A DNA stretch of 63,978 nucleotides, counting the filler, from Octopus bimaculoides (taxonomy: Eukaryota): assembly GCF_001194135.2 (NCBI RefSeq). It is 4 parts of 4 records of this genome, joined end to end, with 100 filler letters (N's around TTAATTAATTAA, not from the genome) between each part and the next. Parts side by side here need not be neighbours in the genome. Positions count along the whole stretch, not along the records: positions 62,940 to 63,978 come from NW_026409152.1; 3 more parts are not named here. One strand, given 5' to 3'. Within the stretch, counting starts at the first letter, position 1. The number at the start of each line of letters is the position of its first letter. The notes beneath the pieces are model-generated. The model was not told where the DNA came from. It searched no databases and saw only the letters and a program-made list of their open reading frames with translations. The translations under genes and the position numbers were made by a program. This document shows, one piece after another, positions 62,940 to 63,978 of the stretch.

Positions 62940-63760
62940 AGTATACTTCGGCCGTGATTGATGAGCCAGGTTTAATGAAATCATAATGGCTCACACCTGC
63001 GCCAGACCGCCAACACACATCATCAGCTTCTTTTGATGAATTTTGCTTTTTAGACTGTGTTTTGGTGACTCGTCTTTGTCCGAGTATTGTGCTGAACGTT
63101 TACGGTTGTTATATGGCATCCATTTCTCATCACATATTACAATTCGATTCAAAAATGATTAATTTTTGTGACGAGAAAGTAGCATAATGAAGGTTTCCGA
63201 ATGTTGCTGTTCATCGGGTTCATGTGAAACCCACTTACCCAACATTTTCACTTTACCGATTTGAACAATATTATTTTCTTGCTAACACCAAACAACAACG
63301 ATAATTCACGGGCACTTTGAGATAAATCTGACTCGACGATTGTTCTCAGTTCGTCGTTATCCACCTTTGTTTCTAGTCGACCACGTTGCTCATTTGTGAA
63401 GTCAAAGTTACCAGAACGAAATTTTGCAAACCAATTCGATATTGTCTGCTGTGTAATAACATTCGAATGAAATACTCCATTAATATTCCGAGCTGTCTGT
63501 GATGCTGTATTTCCAAGAAAGAACTCATATTTGAAAACTGTACGAATTTCTGAGTTATCTATCTCTAAATAAAAATAGCAAAAAAAAAAAATGATTTATA
63601 AATACTTTTAAAAGCACAGAATGAGTTAGAATAAAGAAATAGATGCATCAGCTTTCTAACAAAAAATAAAGATTATCAAAATATAATAATGGCGCAAAAT
63701 GAGCAGCTGTCAAAATTTACCCTATACCTTACTACAAATTTCATACTTGACGACCTAATA
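62940..63760 (-). mobile_element. Mariner (DD34D, Hsmar1/cecropia-like) element: 5' TIR and N-terminal transposase, truncated by the linker
   Basis: TIR tattaggtcgtcaagtatgaaatt (63760-63737); start codon mutated to ATA at 63562; EIRTVFKYEF..GNTASQTARNIN...WFAKFRSGNFD...KVDNDEL, GKWVSHE (WVPHEL), FLNRIVICDEKW, IHQKKLMMCV. Confidence 0.92.
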
Positions 63761-63978
63761 TAAATAAAGATGTTATATGGTCACAATTTTCTATGTAGTT
63801 GCTACCTGATCGACAAGAAGCCAGTATACTAAATCTGCGAATTATTGCTTCTTTTTTCTTTGTTTTTCCCCTTTGTTTCTTCTTTTCTTTCTTTCTTTTT
63901 CTACATTTCATTAATACAGTAGATTAATTATAAGTCCAATGCTCCATGGTTCTAAGTTCATATTCTGCCGATGTTTGA

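Noticed and set aside
62940-63562. SETMAR or another domesticated mariner gene
   Set aside because: The start codon is mutated, there are frameshifts and stops, a TIR is present and no SET domain is seen; it is an ordinary dead mariner.

Overview
Repeat-dense, AT-rich animal genomic DNA with many N gaps. The SINE families and the microsatellite load point to an octopus genome; this is recognition from memory, not a database search. I find no confidently identifiable host protein-coding gene, rRNA, true tRNA or CRISPR array, and nearly all long ORFs in the track are microsatellite or N-gap artefacts. The window contains: (i) at least eight decayed R4/Dong-clade non-LTR retrotransposon pieces (CCHC finger, REL endonuclease, RT) with several different 3' ends, almost all abutting (TAA)n arrays; (ii) RTE, CR1-like and possibly L1/Tx1 LINE remnants, plus an orphan gag/ORF1-like zinc-knuckle pseudo-ORF; (iii) three tRNA-derived SINE families in about 20 copies; (iv) Tc1, mariner (DD34D and DD37D-like), hAT and MITE DNA-transposon remnants; (v) three artificial 100-bp scaffold linkers (44N-TTAATTAATTAA-44N) and a 393-bp duplication across a gap that is probably an assembly artefact. 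The most interesting signal is a microsatellite-centred retroelement system. SINEs and other repeats leave (TTA)n tails, R4/Dong copies sit in those arrays on the opposite strand, and internally deleted or chimeric Dong derivatives occur. A few weak candidate host exons are flagged. Boundaries of decayed elements are approximate.
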